DNA of 57,892 nucleotides, from contig JALHPI010000002.1 in assembly GCA_022842585.1 (NCBI GenBank), positions 1 through 57,892 on the forward strand, written 5' to 3'. A program made the position numbers and the translations under genes. Origin of the DNA: Minisyncoccota bacterium. GTDB taxonomy: Bacteria > Patescibacteriota > Minisyncoccia > Phycocordibacterales > Phycocordibacteraceae. The first letter of the stretch is position 1; every line of letters starts with the position of its first letter. Shown here in pieces: positions 1-8,675 of the stretch. The notes below the pieces were generated by a model. That model was not told the DNA's origin. It saw only the letters and a program-made list of their open reading frames with translations, and did no database searches.

Positions 1-813
1 ATCATAGAAATAATTGGGCCGGAGTCTTCCGGAAAGACCACACTCGCACTCCACGCGATTGCAGAAGCGCAGAAGAAAGGCGGCGTGTGCGCGTTCGTGG
101 ATGCCGAGCATGCACTTGACCCTGAATATGCGCGCAAAATCGGTGTGAGGCTCCAGGAGCTTCTCATCTCCCAGCCGGACACGGGAGAACAAGCACTTGA
201 AATCGTGGAATCTTTGGTGCGCTCGAATTCAGTTGATATCGTCGTCGTCGACTCGGTAGCTGCCCTTACCCCGAAAGACGAAATCGAGGGAGACATGGGC
301 TCCGCCCAGATGGGAAAGCAGGCGCGCCTCATGTCTCAGGCACTTCGCAAACTCACCGCTATCACCGCAAAATCGAAGACCATCATCATCTTCATCAACC
401 AAATCCGCATGCAGATAGGCGTGATGTTCGGAAACCCTGAGACCACGACCGGCGGAAAAGCGCTCAAGTTCTATACCTCGGTACGTCTTGATATCCGACG
501 AATCGCCCAGATAAAGAAAGGTGAAGAAATCGTGGGCGGCCGCGTACGCGTGAAGGTGGTAAAGAACAAAGTCGCCGCCCCATTCAAAACGACGGAGTTC
601 GACCTTCTCTACAATGAGGGCATCAGCCGCGAGGGCGAACTCTTAGCACTTGGCGAGAAGTACGACATCATCCAGAAGTCGGGCTCCTCGTATAAGTTCG
701 GAGAAATTGCGCTTGGTCGTGGGTACGACGCATCCCGTACGTTCCTTAGAGAGAACAAGCCTGTCGCAAACGACGTGCTGAAGCTTATAAAGGAGAAACT
801 TGCGGAACAATAA
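1..813 (+). CDS. recA: Recombinase RecA (5'-truncated by window edge)
   Basis: Frame open from base 1: [14 protein letters not shown]alker [25 protein letters not shown]. Confidence 0.98.
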   Translation: MIEIIGPESSGKTTLALHAIAEAQKKGGVCAFVDAEHALDPEYARKIGVRLQELLISQPDTGEQALEIVESLVRSNSVDIVVVDSVAALTPKDEIEGDMGSAQMGKQARLMSQALRKLTAITAKSKTIIIFINQIRMQIGVMFGNPETTTGGKALKFYTSVRLDIRRIAQIKKGEEIVGGRVRVKVVKNKVAAPFKTTEFDLLYNEGISREGELLALGEKYDIIQKSGSSYKFGEIALGRGYDASRTFLRENKPVANDVLKLIKEKLAEQ

Positions 814-844
814 ACCCGCACCCTTTTGAAAAGGCGCGGGTTTA
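814..844. terminator. Intrinsic terminator hairpin after recA (possibly bidirectional)
   Basis: acccgc-acctttt/gaaaagg-cgcgggt followed by TTTT. Confidence 0.6.
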
Positions 845-863
845 CCATGATTGAGTTCCCAGA

Positions 864-1037
864 CTATCGGTCGTCGTCGGCAAAGTAGGAATCAGTATCC
901 GGTTCGCTACGCGAACCGAGCGTCTGATTATTCTGGCATTCTTGTGCCTGAATAGTATTACATCCGCCTCCTTCGACTACGAGCCCACAATGGGCACATG
1001 TCGGTTGCTGGGTTCGATCACTCGTTTGGTGTGCCAT
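864..1037 (-). CDS. Small 57-aa Cys-rich hypothetical protein
   Basis: ATG at 1037 preceded by AAGGGG; CAHC...C...C; acidic tail. Confidence 0.5.
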   Translation of the reverse strand: MAHQTSDRTQQPTCAHCGLVVEGGGCNTIQAQECQNNQTLGSRSEPDTDSYFADDDR

Positions 1038-1181
1038 AGACAACCCCTTTGTGCTTGCCAGATGCATGTACCTGCACGGCCTCATGAAGATAGGCGTACT
1101 GTTGCCTACTGTCAAACTTGAAAAAGCAGGGTCCTTTCGCTATCATTCCCCTACTAGCGCCTCAGGGCATTTTTTATTTTT

Positions 1182-1757
1182 ATGGCCATACTCTCATACA
1201 ACGAAATCGTCCAGAAGAAAGTCATCGTCTACAACAACGAGCCGTATAAGGTCCTCTCCTCCCACGTCTTCCGCATGCAACAGCGTAAGCCGGTGAACCA
1301 GACCAAGCTCCAGCACCTTGTCTCCGGCAAGGTTATTGAAATCTCGTTCCATCAGAACGAAAGTGTGCCGGAAGCCGATATCGAACGCATGGCCGCTACC
1401 TACCTCTACACGAACAAAGATGAGAGCTGGTTTTGTGAAGACGGAAACCCAAAAAACCGCTTCTCCTTCCCTGAAGAGGTCGTGCACGAAAAAGTGCAGT
1501 GGTTGAAGCAGAACTCCGCGGTTGAATGCCTTGTCTTCGATGAAAAACCGGTCACGCTTGAAATACCTATCAAGATGGATTTGAAAGTCACTGAGGCGGC
1601 TCCTGCAGTCAAGGGCGATACGGTGTCGGGCGGGAGCAAGCAGGTAACGCTTGAAAGCGGTGCAACTGTACAGACTCCCCTCTTCATCAACGAAGGTGAT
1701 GTGCTACGCATTAATACGGAGAGCGGCGAGTACGTGGAACGCGTTTCTAAGGCATAA
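1182..1757 (+). CDS. efp: Elongation factor P (atypical MQQR loop)
   Basis: PAVKGDT..GGSK.VTLESGA.VQTPLFINEGD..RINTESGEYVER C-terminal signature. Confidence 0.96.
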   Translation: MAILSYNEIVQKKVIVYNNEPYKVLSSHVFRMQQRKPVNQTKLQHLVSGKVIEISFHQNESVPEADIERMAATYLYTNKDESWFCEDGNPKNRFSFPEEVVHEKVQWLKQNSAVECLVFDEKPVTLEIPIKMDLKVTEAAPAVKGDTVSGGSKQVTLESGATVQTPLFINEGDVLRINTESGEYVERVSKA

Positions 1758-1765
1758 GCATACAA

Positions 1766-1795
1766 ACAAAAAACCGCCCCAGGGGCGGTTTTTTG
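1766..1795. terminator. Bidirectional terminator between convergent efp and rpsR
   Basis: AAAAAACCGCCCC-A-GGGGCGGTTTTTT. Confidence 0.85.
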
Positions 1796-1810
1796 TGTAC
1801 CTCACTTCGC

Positions 1811-2017
1811 TTATGCGGAGAGGTATGGGAGAAGCGCCATGTAGCGGGCGCGCTTGATTGCAAGAGCAATCTGGCGCTGCTTGTCGGAGGCAATGCCAGT
1901 GCGCTTCTTCGGGAGGATTTTCGCGTGCGGATTCATGAACTGACGAAGGTAGGCTACATCCTTGTAGTCTACGAACTTCTTGTTCTCGATTTCCTCGCGT
2001 TCTGATTGATATGCCAT
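1811..2017 (-). CDS. rpsR: 30S ribosomal protein bS18 (non-zinc form)
   Basis: VDYKDV..LRQF...AKILPKKRTG...QRQIALAIKRARYMALLPY; no CxxC. Confidence 0.97.
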   Translation of the reverse strand: MAYQSEREEIENKKFVDYKDVAYLRQFMNPHAKILPKKRTGIASDKQRQIALAIKRARYMALLPYLSA

Positions 2018-2019
2018 AG

Positions 2020-2322
2020 TTCCCCTAAGTTACCTTAGTACCTGCTTGCTGTCAAAAAGGTCCGGGTATCGCTTGCGCGACCCGGACCCTCTTGCATACC
2101 TCCCCCAATCCTTTCGGCTCAGGTTCGCAGGCGTAGCAAGGCCTCCTCTACCGCTTCCCTTACGGAAGCCTACAGCTTCGGTTCTCAAGTCCGGGGCCAC
2201 CCACCGCTGAGAATTAGGCACCTTAGCTGGTAGTCCGGATGTGTAGGGGTCACTGTGGAAGTTCCCCCAAACGATACACATCCTTTCGGATCCAATTGGA
2301 TTGGAACCTTTCAAGGAGCGCT
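2020..2322 (-). ncRNA. Structured leader RNA resembling a miniaturised 23S rRNA domain II (H36-H37-H38 stub-H41-H45-H46)
   Basis: Minus-strand motifs CUCCUUGAAA, CCAGCUAAGGU, ACCGAAGCUG, CGGUAGAGGAG, GCCUGCGAA and GGAGGUAU occur in 23S order (23S recalled from memory), with intact pairings. Confidence 0.7.
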
Positions 2323-2328
2323 TTGCCT

Positions 2329-2357
2329 ATACTAGCCACACCTGTCACGCACAGCAA
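2329..2357 (-). promoter_or_regulatory. Sigma70-like promoter for the rRNA-like leader and rpsR
   Basis: TTGCTG (2357-2352), 17-nt spacer, TAGTAT (2334-2329). Confidence 0.65.
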
Positions 2358-2369
2358 GCGTCGCGAACA

Positions 2370-2831
2370 CTAGAATGGAATATCCTCTGGGTTTATCTCC
2401 TCATCCGGATACTGGATAGCGTCTCCATCATCCTTTGGCGACGACTGGCTCGCATCCCTGCTCTCCGAACGCCCTCCGCCATCATAAGAGCCTCCGCCAG
2501 CCCCAGGAGCAGAAGCGCCGAACTGGAACGTATCCGCCACAATTTCGGTGCGGTAGTTCTTCTTGCCGTCCGTCTCCCAGGAACGGGTCTGGATGCGGCC
2601 TTCCACATAGATAGCCTTCCCTTTCTTCATATACTGTCCAATGACATCCGCCGTACGGCCGAAGGCGACGACGTTATGGTATTCAGTCTGCTCTTTCTTG
2701 GCACCATCCTTGTCTTTATAGACGCGATTCGTTGCGATACTAAAATTCACGACGTTTTGTCCTGAAGGGAGTGCCTTCAATTCAGGGTCACGGGTAAGGT
2801 TTCCGTAGAGCTGCACTTTATTTAAATACAT
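2370..2831 (-). CDS. ssb: Single-stranded DNA-binding protein
   Basis: MYLNKVQLYGNLTRDPE, VYVEGRIQTRSW-like motif, acidic DIPF tail; start reassigned to 2831. Confidence 0.97.
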   Translation of the reverse strand: MYLNKVQLYGNLTRDPELKALPSGQNVVNFSIATNRVYKDKDGAKKEQTEYHNVVAFGRTADVIGQYMKKGKAIYVEGRIQTRSWETDGKKNYRTEIVADTFQFGASAPGAGGGSYDGGGRSESRDASQSSPKDDGDAIQYPDEEINPEDIPF

Positions 2832-2923
2832 AGGCTTTGATTTATTACGTTTAAGAAGCGAGGCCAGGCGCCGAAACCGGCTTTCCCGACACGCTTCCTC
2901 TAGTATACCCCTTTGGTAAATCA

Positions 2924-2957
2924 AGCAAAAACCCGCCTTTCTGGCAGGTTTTTGCTT
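2924..2957 (-). terminator. Terminator downstream of rpsF
   Basis: AGCAAAAACCCGCC...GGCAGGTTTTTGCT hairpin. Confidence 0.7.
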
Positions 2958-2977
2958 GATTTTAACTCTAAGCCTTC

Positions 2978-3061
2978 GCCTGATTTTTGCGAAGAGAGTC
3001 CGTGCAAAAATCATGCATAAGTGTCCGTCCTTTTGTACTTCGTACAAAAGGACTCCCCTTA
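2978..3061 (-). repeat. Repeat family C, copy 1 (3' of rpsF)
   Basis: 2978-3026 matches 21699-21747 at 45/49 nt, followed by a variable hairpin and TCCCCTTA. Confidence 0.85.
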
Positions 3062-3541
3062 GACCCCAACCTCTTTCAGAGCAGCGTCGATTTCAGCATC
3101 TGAAACCTCTTCTACTTCTTCAGGTTCCATCTTTGCGAGGAGTTCGCTCATTTCTGCAGAGTGCTTCGCTTCTTCCTTGGTGGTGCGGATGTCGAGGAAA
3201 CGGAACACGCGCTTGTCTGCACCAATCGTTTCAGCAACTGATGCGTGTCCTGCGCCGGTCGTTTCGTACGCAATCCATGCAAAGAAGCTTGAATCGAAAT
3301 CCCTGCGACCAGTCGTTTCTCCGCGAGAGATGGTGTATGCAAGAGGAATCTTCTGAGGTTCGCCTTCAGCGACGATAGAACCTACTGATTCGATCTTGGC
3401 GCGCATAGCCTGATACACTTTCTTTGCTTCCTCTACCGGAAGTTCGCAGTCAATATGAAAAGCGAGCTCGTATACGCGAGCTTCTGCGTGGTCTGCATCC
3501 ATTTCCTCGGGCATAGCGCCCTCTGCGTCTTTCTTAGCCAT
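3059..3541 (-). CDS. rpsF: 30S ribosomal protein bS6
   Basis: VYELAFHI...LAYTI...VFRFL with acidic tail; rpsF-ssb-rpsR synteny. Confidence 0.9.
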   Translation of the reverse strand: MAKKDAEGAMPEEMDADHAEARVYELAFHIDCELPVEEAKKVYQAMRAKIESVGSIVAEGEPQKIPLAYTISRGETTGRRDFDSSFFAWIAYETTGAGHASVAETIGADKRVFRFLDIRTTKEEAKHSAEMSELLAKMEPEEVEEVSDAEIDAALKEVGV

Positions 3542-3585
3542 AGTCACGCCATCCTAGCATAGGCCCGTAGGCCCCGCAAACACGC

Positions 3586-4377
3586 CTACCCTAGGCGAAA
3601 TGCTCGTTTGGCATTTGTAAGCAGTGCCTCCCGAATCGTCTCCTCATCCTCTCCCCTGATTACCGCCATAGCCGACACGACAGAGCGGACCGCAAGCGGG
3701 TCGTTCCGCTTCCCGCGATTTGGGGCCGGAGCGACATACGGCGCATCGGTTTCTGAAAGCAGGTTTGCACGTGGGATAAAACGCACAACGTCGTCATAGT
3801 CGTGGGTAAAGGTAAGGACCGCCGTATAGGAAAAGGTGAACCCAAGCTCCAAATAGAGTTTCGTGGTCTCGATGTCACCGACATAAAAATGCATAGTACC
3901 TTGTAGGCGGTCACCATACTTCGCTTTCGCATCTTTTAGCATCTCGTATGCGTCCAGATACGCATCCATTGAGCCCTTTGAAGGGCGGGCATGAATCATC
4001 AGCGGCTTATCAACTTTTGCGGCAAGTTCAATATGGCGAGCAAAGACATCCTTCTGCCGTGCCTTTTCTGCCTCCGGATTCTCCGGTCTGAAGAAGTCGA
4101 GCCCGCACTCCCCTATCGCGACCACTTTCGGATCTTTCGCGAGTGCTTCATAGTACGCATCGTCATACCCCTCCTGCGGTTTGTCGTTCGGGTGGAGCCC
4201 TACGGAGGCGAACAGGGTTTTACCATCCGCATAGTGAACGGCAAGCTTTGAAGTCGTACGGTCGGTACCCACGAGTATCCCGCCCACCTGCGCATCCTGC
4301 ATAGCCGCAAAGACCTCGGCGCGGTCGGCGTCATAGGCATCAAACTGGACATGGCAGTGGGAATCAAAGTAGCGCAT
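3586..4377 (-). CDS. tatD: TatD family DNase
   Basis: DSHCH, GLHP, AIGECGLD, IHAR, SETDAPY. Confidence 0.95.
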   Translation of the reverse strand: MRYFDSHCHVQFDAYDADRAEVFAAMQDAQVGGILVGTDRTTSKLAVHYADGKTLFASVGLHPNDKPQEGYDDAYYEALAKDPKVVAIGECGLDFFRPENPEAEKARQKDVFARHIELAAKVDKPLMIHARPSKGSMDAYLDAYEMLKDAKAKYGDRLQGTMHFYVGDIETTKLYLELGFTFSYTAVLTFTHDYDDVVRFIPRANLLSETDAPYVAPAPNRGKRNDPLAVRSVVSAMAVIRGEDEETIREALLTNAKRAFRLG

Positions 4378-4612
4378 TGTGGGGAAACGATAGCACAGTA
4401 CTACACGTATACGGGGAGCGACTTTCATCGCGGCCCGCTCTGGTTTATGTAATCCGGTATCCCGCCGCCTTCATTTTTCGTATTGCACGATCAATGACGC
4501 GACGCACAACGTTTCTTCGATGAAGGTCATGGTGCTTTTCCCTTTCGGAACACGTACTCAAGACCCCACCTACCCTTCGCTATTGGGTAACATTTATTAA
4601 AATAGTCAATAT

Positions 4613-6040
4613 CTACGCCGTGAGGCGGGGAAATAGGTTTTCCGGCTTCTTGTTCGCAAGCACGGCGGCTTTGATGGCTTCAGCCGTATCAGGCATGAAG
4701 GCCTTAAGGAAGCGCCCAATCCAATACATCTCGACTGCAAGCTCTCCAATCATCGCCCTCCCCTTTTCCGCATCCACCTTCACCACTTTGTACGGCTCTT
4801 CGGCGGTGATGCGCGCATCGGCATCCTGAATACGACTCCAGATGTAGTCCATACCTTTTTGGAATTCATATCGATCGGAAACGTTCAGGAGTTCCTGCGG
4901 AAGCTCGCGAGGTTCCGGACGCATGACCGGCACTTCCAGATTGTCTTCGGCAAGCTTCATTACCCGTGCGACAAGATTCCCGAGCCCGTTCACTAAGTTT
5001 GCGGTATACCGCTCATCAAGACGCTCCCACGTGACGTCCGAATCTTCTACCGGATGCACATGGCGCAAAAGGAGATACCGGGTCGCATCCGTCCCGTATT
5101 TCTTCACGAGGTCGTACGGACTTATGACGTTCCCGAGAGATTTGCTCATGCGCTGTCCTCCCGAGTTTATAAAGCCGTGATAGAACACTTGGTCGGTATT
5201 CTTTATGTTTGCTGACATGAGCATTGCCTGCCACATAAGCGATTGAAAACGCACCTGATCCTTCCCTGCTACCTGCACGACCTTTCCTTCGTTCCAAAAA
5301 CGCGTAAAGTTCCCTTCTTCTACGGGCCAACCCAGGGTAGAGATGTAGTTCGTGAGCGCATCAAACCAGACGTACATCACTTGATTCTCATCACCCGGAA
5401 CGGGCACGCCCCAGGCGAGCCGCTCCTTTTCGCGTGAAATACTGAAGTCTTCCAATCCGCCCCGTACGAAATTAATTGCTTCTTCGCGTCGCCACTCAGG
5501 CACGATTACCCCTTCGGTCGCAAGATACGCAAGTAACTTTTCCTGGTACTTCGAAAAACGGAAGAAGTAGTTTTCTTCGGTAATCTTTTGGAGTTCTAAG
5601 CTTGGATGGAGCGTGCAATGGCTGTCCTCAAGTTCCCGCTCGGTCTTATAGAGCTCGCATCCGACACAATAGAGACCGGTGTAGCTTTTCTTATAGATAT
5701 CACCCGCAACCATGCACCGGCGCCACATCTCTTCGGCTGCACGAATATGGCCCGCATCCGTGGTACGGATGAACGTATCGTTCGAAAGATTGAGGGCATC
5801 GCCAAGTTTCTTCACTTCGTCTGAATAGTGGTCCACATACGCATGAATGCCCTTCCCTGCCTTTTCTGCCGCTTCCCATATCTTCTGTCCATGCTCGTCC
5901 GTTCCGGTATTAAAAAACACCTCATCCCCCTGAAGCCTCCACATACGTACAAGTGCATCCGCTTGCACGATTTCAAGCGCAAACCCGATATGCGGGTCGG
6001 CATTTACGTACGGGAGTGTGGTAGTAAGGTATCGCTTCAT
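4613..6040 (-). CDS. metG: Methionine-tRNA ligase (short form, no C-terminal OB domain)
   Basis: PYVNADPHIGF, TGTDEHGQK, YVWFDAL.NY, RMSKSLGN. Confidence 0.97.
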   Translation of the reverse strand: MKRYLTTTLPYVNADPHIGFALEIVQADALVRMWRLQGDEVFFNTGTDEHGQKIWEAAEKAGKGIHAYVDHYSDEVKKLGDALNLSNDTFIRTTDAGHIRAAEEMWRRCMVAGDIYKKSYTGLYCVGCELYKTERELEDSHCTLHPSLELQKITEENYFFRFSKYQEKLLAYLATEGVIVPEWRREEAINFVRGGLEDFSISREKERLAWGVPVPGDENQVMYVWFDALTNYISTLGWPVEEGNFTRFWNEGKVVQVAGKDQVRFQSLMWQAMLMSANIKNTDQVFYHGFINSGGQRMSKSLGNVISPYDLVKKYGTDATRYLLLRHVHPVEDSDVTWERLDERYTANLVNGLGNLVARVMKLAEDNLEVPVMRPEPRELPQELLNVSDRYEFQKGMDYIWSRIQDADARITAEEPYKVVKVDAEKGRAMIGELAVEMYWIGRFLKAFMPDTAEAIKAAVLANKKPENLFPRLTA

Positions 6041-6049
6041 TAGGAACGG

Positions 6050-7072
6050 TTACGCCTTTTGGCGCTTCTGCAGATCGTTCACGAATTCTTGCACGCAGGC
6101 GGCAATGGGTACCGAAAGAAGCACGCCGAGCATCCCTGCAAGCTGTCCGCCCGCAATAAGGGCAATGATGACGAGGATAGGTGGTACACCGACAATCTTC
6201 TTCACTACAAGCGGATAAATAAGGTGCGCCTGGAACTGGTTCACTATCAAGTAGAGCCCTGAGACAATTGCGACAAGCGTGAGGTCACCGGTCGTAAGCG
6301 CTACTGCGATACCCGGAACGGCTGCGGCAACTGAGCCGAATACCGGAATGAGCTCCATAATGCCCGCAAAGATGGCGAGCAAGAGTGCGTACGGAACGCC
6401 AAGCAGCGAAAGACCGAGATAGAGGAGCACGGTAATGATGAGCGATAGCAGAAGCTGACCCTGCATCCAGAGCCCTATTTTCTTTTGCGAACGCTTCCAG
6501 AGCCCGAGTACGTACTCACGGTGTTGTGCAGGTGTTACCAACCGAAGGAAGTCATCCACGCCCGTTTCCTGAAGGGAGAAGTAGATGGATACGACGATAG
6601 TAAGTACGAAGTAAAATACCCCACCGAAAATGGAGGAGAGGAACTTCAGCACGCCTGCGCCCGTGTTTGCAAACGCGTTCTGGAGCGAGAGGACGGTATC
6701 GGTAAGCGACGGGCCAAGCGAAGCACCCTGGAGAAACGGTAACGAACTCAGGCTACTTACCTGACTTACATACTGAGGAATGACCGCAAGAACGGCGATT
6801 GCTTCCGCGAGCATCGGTGGGACAAAAAACCACACCAACGCGATAAGACAGGCAAGGACTGAGGCATAGACGGAGACGACCGCAAGCGGCCGCGGAAACT
6901 TGTGCTTCATGAAGAACTCAACGCCCGGCTCAGCCGCCGAAGCAATCACAATTGCCGAAAGGAGGAGGAGGACAAGCGTGGAAAGCTGCCAGAGCGCCCA
7001 GACAGCAGCCGCGACGACGACGATGCGAAGGAGGGCTCCGAAGGAGACGGTTATAGTATGCTTTTGCTCCAT
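6050..7072 (-). CDS. AI-2E (PerM/UPF0118) family permease
   Basis: Multi-TM protein; WMQGQL, ELIPVFG, GGQLAGMLGVLLSVP. Confidence 0.9.
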   Translation of the reverse strand: MEQKHTITVSFGALLRIVVVAAAVWALWQLSTLVLLLLSAIVIASAAEPGVEFFMKHKFPRPLAVVSVYASVLACLIALVWFFVPPMLAEAIAVLAVIPQYVSQVSSLSSLPFLQGASLGPSLTDTVLSLQNAFANTGAGVLKFLSSIFGGVFYFVLTIVVSIYFSLQETGVDDFLRLVTPAQHREYVLGLWKRSQKKIGLWMQGQLLLSLIITVLLYLGLSLLGVPYALLLAIFAGIMELIPVFGSVAAAVPGIAVALTTGDLTLVAIVSGLYLIVNQFQAHLIYPLVVKKIVGVPPILVIIALIAGGQLAGMLGVLLSVPIAACVQEFVNDLQKRQKA

Positions 7073-7142
7073 TACGCAGATACTAGCATAGAGCGTGTTA
7101 AAAACCCTTCATACGACGTTGCCCTTCGCTCTACGGCAGGTT

Positions 7143-8675
7143 TTACGAACGCAGTTTTTCAAGAAGTTCAGAAATAGCGATACGCTCCTGTGCGCCCGTA
7201 TCGCGGTCGCGGATAGTCACCGTGTTCTTGTGCTCCGGATGTTCCCCGAGCGTATCGAAGTCGATAGTGACGCAGTGCGGGGTGCCTATTTCATCCTGAC
7301 GACGATAACGCTTGCCGATGTTACCGTTATCGTCAAACATGCAGGCGACACCAGCCTTCTTCAAGTCCATGTAGATTTCGCGCGCCTTTGCAACGAGCTC
7401 CGGCTTATTCTTCAAAAGCGGAAATACCGCAACGCGTACCGGCGCGATTGCGGGAGCGAGTTTCAGATACGAGCGCTCTTCCCCACCAAGCTCATCTACC
7501 GTATAGGCGGACGCGAGTATCGCGAGCACGGTACGGTCTACACCAAGCGAGGGCTCTATGACGTGCGGTGTGAAGCGGTCTTCCGCCTTCTCCCCGTCTT
7601 CAAGGTAATTCAAATCAACCTTCGAGGTTTCCGAATGCGCCTTCAGGTCGAAGTCCGTGCGGTATGCAAGTCCCCAGAGTTCCTTCCTGCCAAACGGATA
7701 GTCGAACTCGAAATCGATGGTGCGCTTGCTGTAGTGCGCACGGTCCCCGTCGGCAACTTCCAGCTCGTGGACTTGCGCCTTCGGAAGACCAATAGCATCT
7801 GCAAACGCGTGCATGGTTCCTTGCCACTCCTCAAAGCTCTTCTCCCAGTCAGCCGGACGTACGAAATACTCCACTTCCATCTGCTCAAACTCACGCACGC
7901 GGAATACGAAGTCGCGCGGGGCGATTTCGTTTCGGAACGCCTTGCCTATCTGCGCCATACCAAACGGAAGCTTCGGATGGAACGAATCAATGATGTTCTT
8001 AAAGTTCACGAACATGCCACCTGCGGTTTCAGGACGCAGGTATGAAACAGAGTTTTCGTCTTCCGTTGCACCGACGTAAGTCTTAAACATCATATTAAAC
8101 TTACGTGGCACACCCCACTCTTTCTTTCCGCAAACAGGGCAAGAAACTAGTTTGTTTAAGAATTTCTGTACGTGCGGGCCAACATAATTTTCAAGATCTA
8201 CTTCCTTCAAGGCAAGTTCTTTAATAACAAGCCAGTCAATTTCTTTATCATCATACTTAACTGCTTTTTCTTCTAGTTGTTTTTTTACATCTTCACTTCC
8301 AGTATCAAGGAACCGTTCCCGTACTTGTTTTATTACTTCTTTGTATTGTTTTTCGTCTACAAGTTGATCAACTCTTTGTCGCTTCTTACAACTAAGACAA
8401 TCAACTAAAGGATCCGTGAATCCACCAACGTGACCAGACGCTTCCCACGCTTTCGGGTTCATCAAGATGGCAGCATCCACGCCATACATGTCTTCCCTGT
8501 CGGTGACGAACATCTTCCACCAGAGATTCTTTACGTTGTTTTTTAGTGCAACACCGAGCGGACCATAGTCAAACGTGCCGGCAAGTCCGCCGTATATTTC
8601 GGAACCCGGATACACGAAACCGCGACGCTTCGCGAGCGAGACTATTTCTTCAAGTGTTGTTTCTTTTGTACTCAT
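7143..8675 (-). CDS. glyQS: Glycine-tRNA ligase, homodimeric type
   Basis: AKRRGF, IYGG..G..DYGPLG, YLRPETA, FRNEI, IGKRYRRQDEIGTP. Confidence 0.97.
   Translation of the reverse strand: MSTKETTLEEIVSLAKRRGFVYPGSEIYGGLAGTFDYGPLGVALKNNVKNLWWKMFVTDREDMYGVDAAILMNPKAWEASGHVGGFTDPLVDCLSCKKRQRVDQLVDEKQYKEVIKQVRERFLDTGSEDVKKQLEEKAVKYDDKEIDWLVIKELALKEVDLENYVGPHVQKFLNKLVSCPVCGKKEWGVPRKFNMMFKTYVGATEDENSVSYLRPETAGGMFVNFKNIIDSFHPKLPFGMAQIGKAFRNEIAPRDFVFRVREFEQMEVEYFVRPADWEKSFEEWQGTMHAFADAIGLPKAQVHELEVADGDRAHYSKRTIDFEFDYPFGRKELWGLAYRTDFDLKAHSETSKVDLNYLEDGEKAEDRFTPHVIEPSLGVDRTVLAILASAYTVDELGGEERSYLKLAPAIAPVRVAVFPLLKNKPELVAKAREIYMDLKKAGVACMFDDNGNIGKRYRRQDEIGTPHCVTIDFDTLGEHPEHKNTVTIRDRDTGAQERIAISELLEKLRS

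Noticed and set aside
2030..2314. 94-aa ORF, or RNase P/SRP/tmRNA identity, for the rpsR leader
   Set aside because: The ORF has no protein-like features and overlies a structured RNA. The RNase P GAGGAAAGUCC, SRP domain IV and tmRNA tRNA-like ends are absent.
2020..2322. Genuine rRNA operon fragment
   Set aside because: Too short, internally deleted, and without flanking rRNA sequence, so it is reported as a mimic rather than rRNA.
2832..3047. N-terminal extensions in the ORF track (ssb, glyA, nusG, thyA, yebC, polA, mscL, pilM)
   Set aside because: The extensions run through terminators, repeats or neighbouring genes. Family homology starts at the downstream ATG.
4430..4610. Possible small ORF or promoter between metG and tatD
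   Set aside because: Only a 19-aa ATG ORF or a 38-aa TTG ORF, with a TTGACT but no convincing -10. Insufficient support.
7095..8045. Long antisense ORFs (e.g. 7095-8045, 16818-17633, 45434-46195, 13270-13974)
   Set aside because: Shadow frames opposite well-conserved genes in GC-rich DNA.
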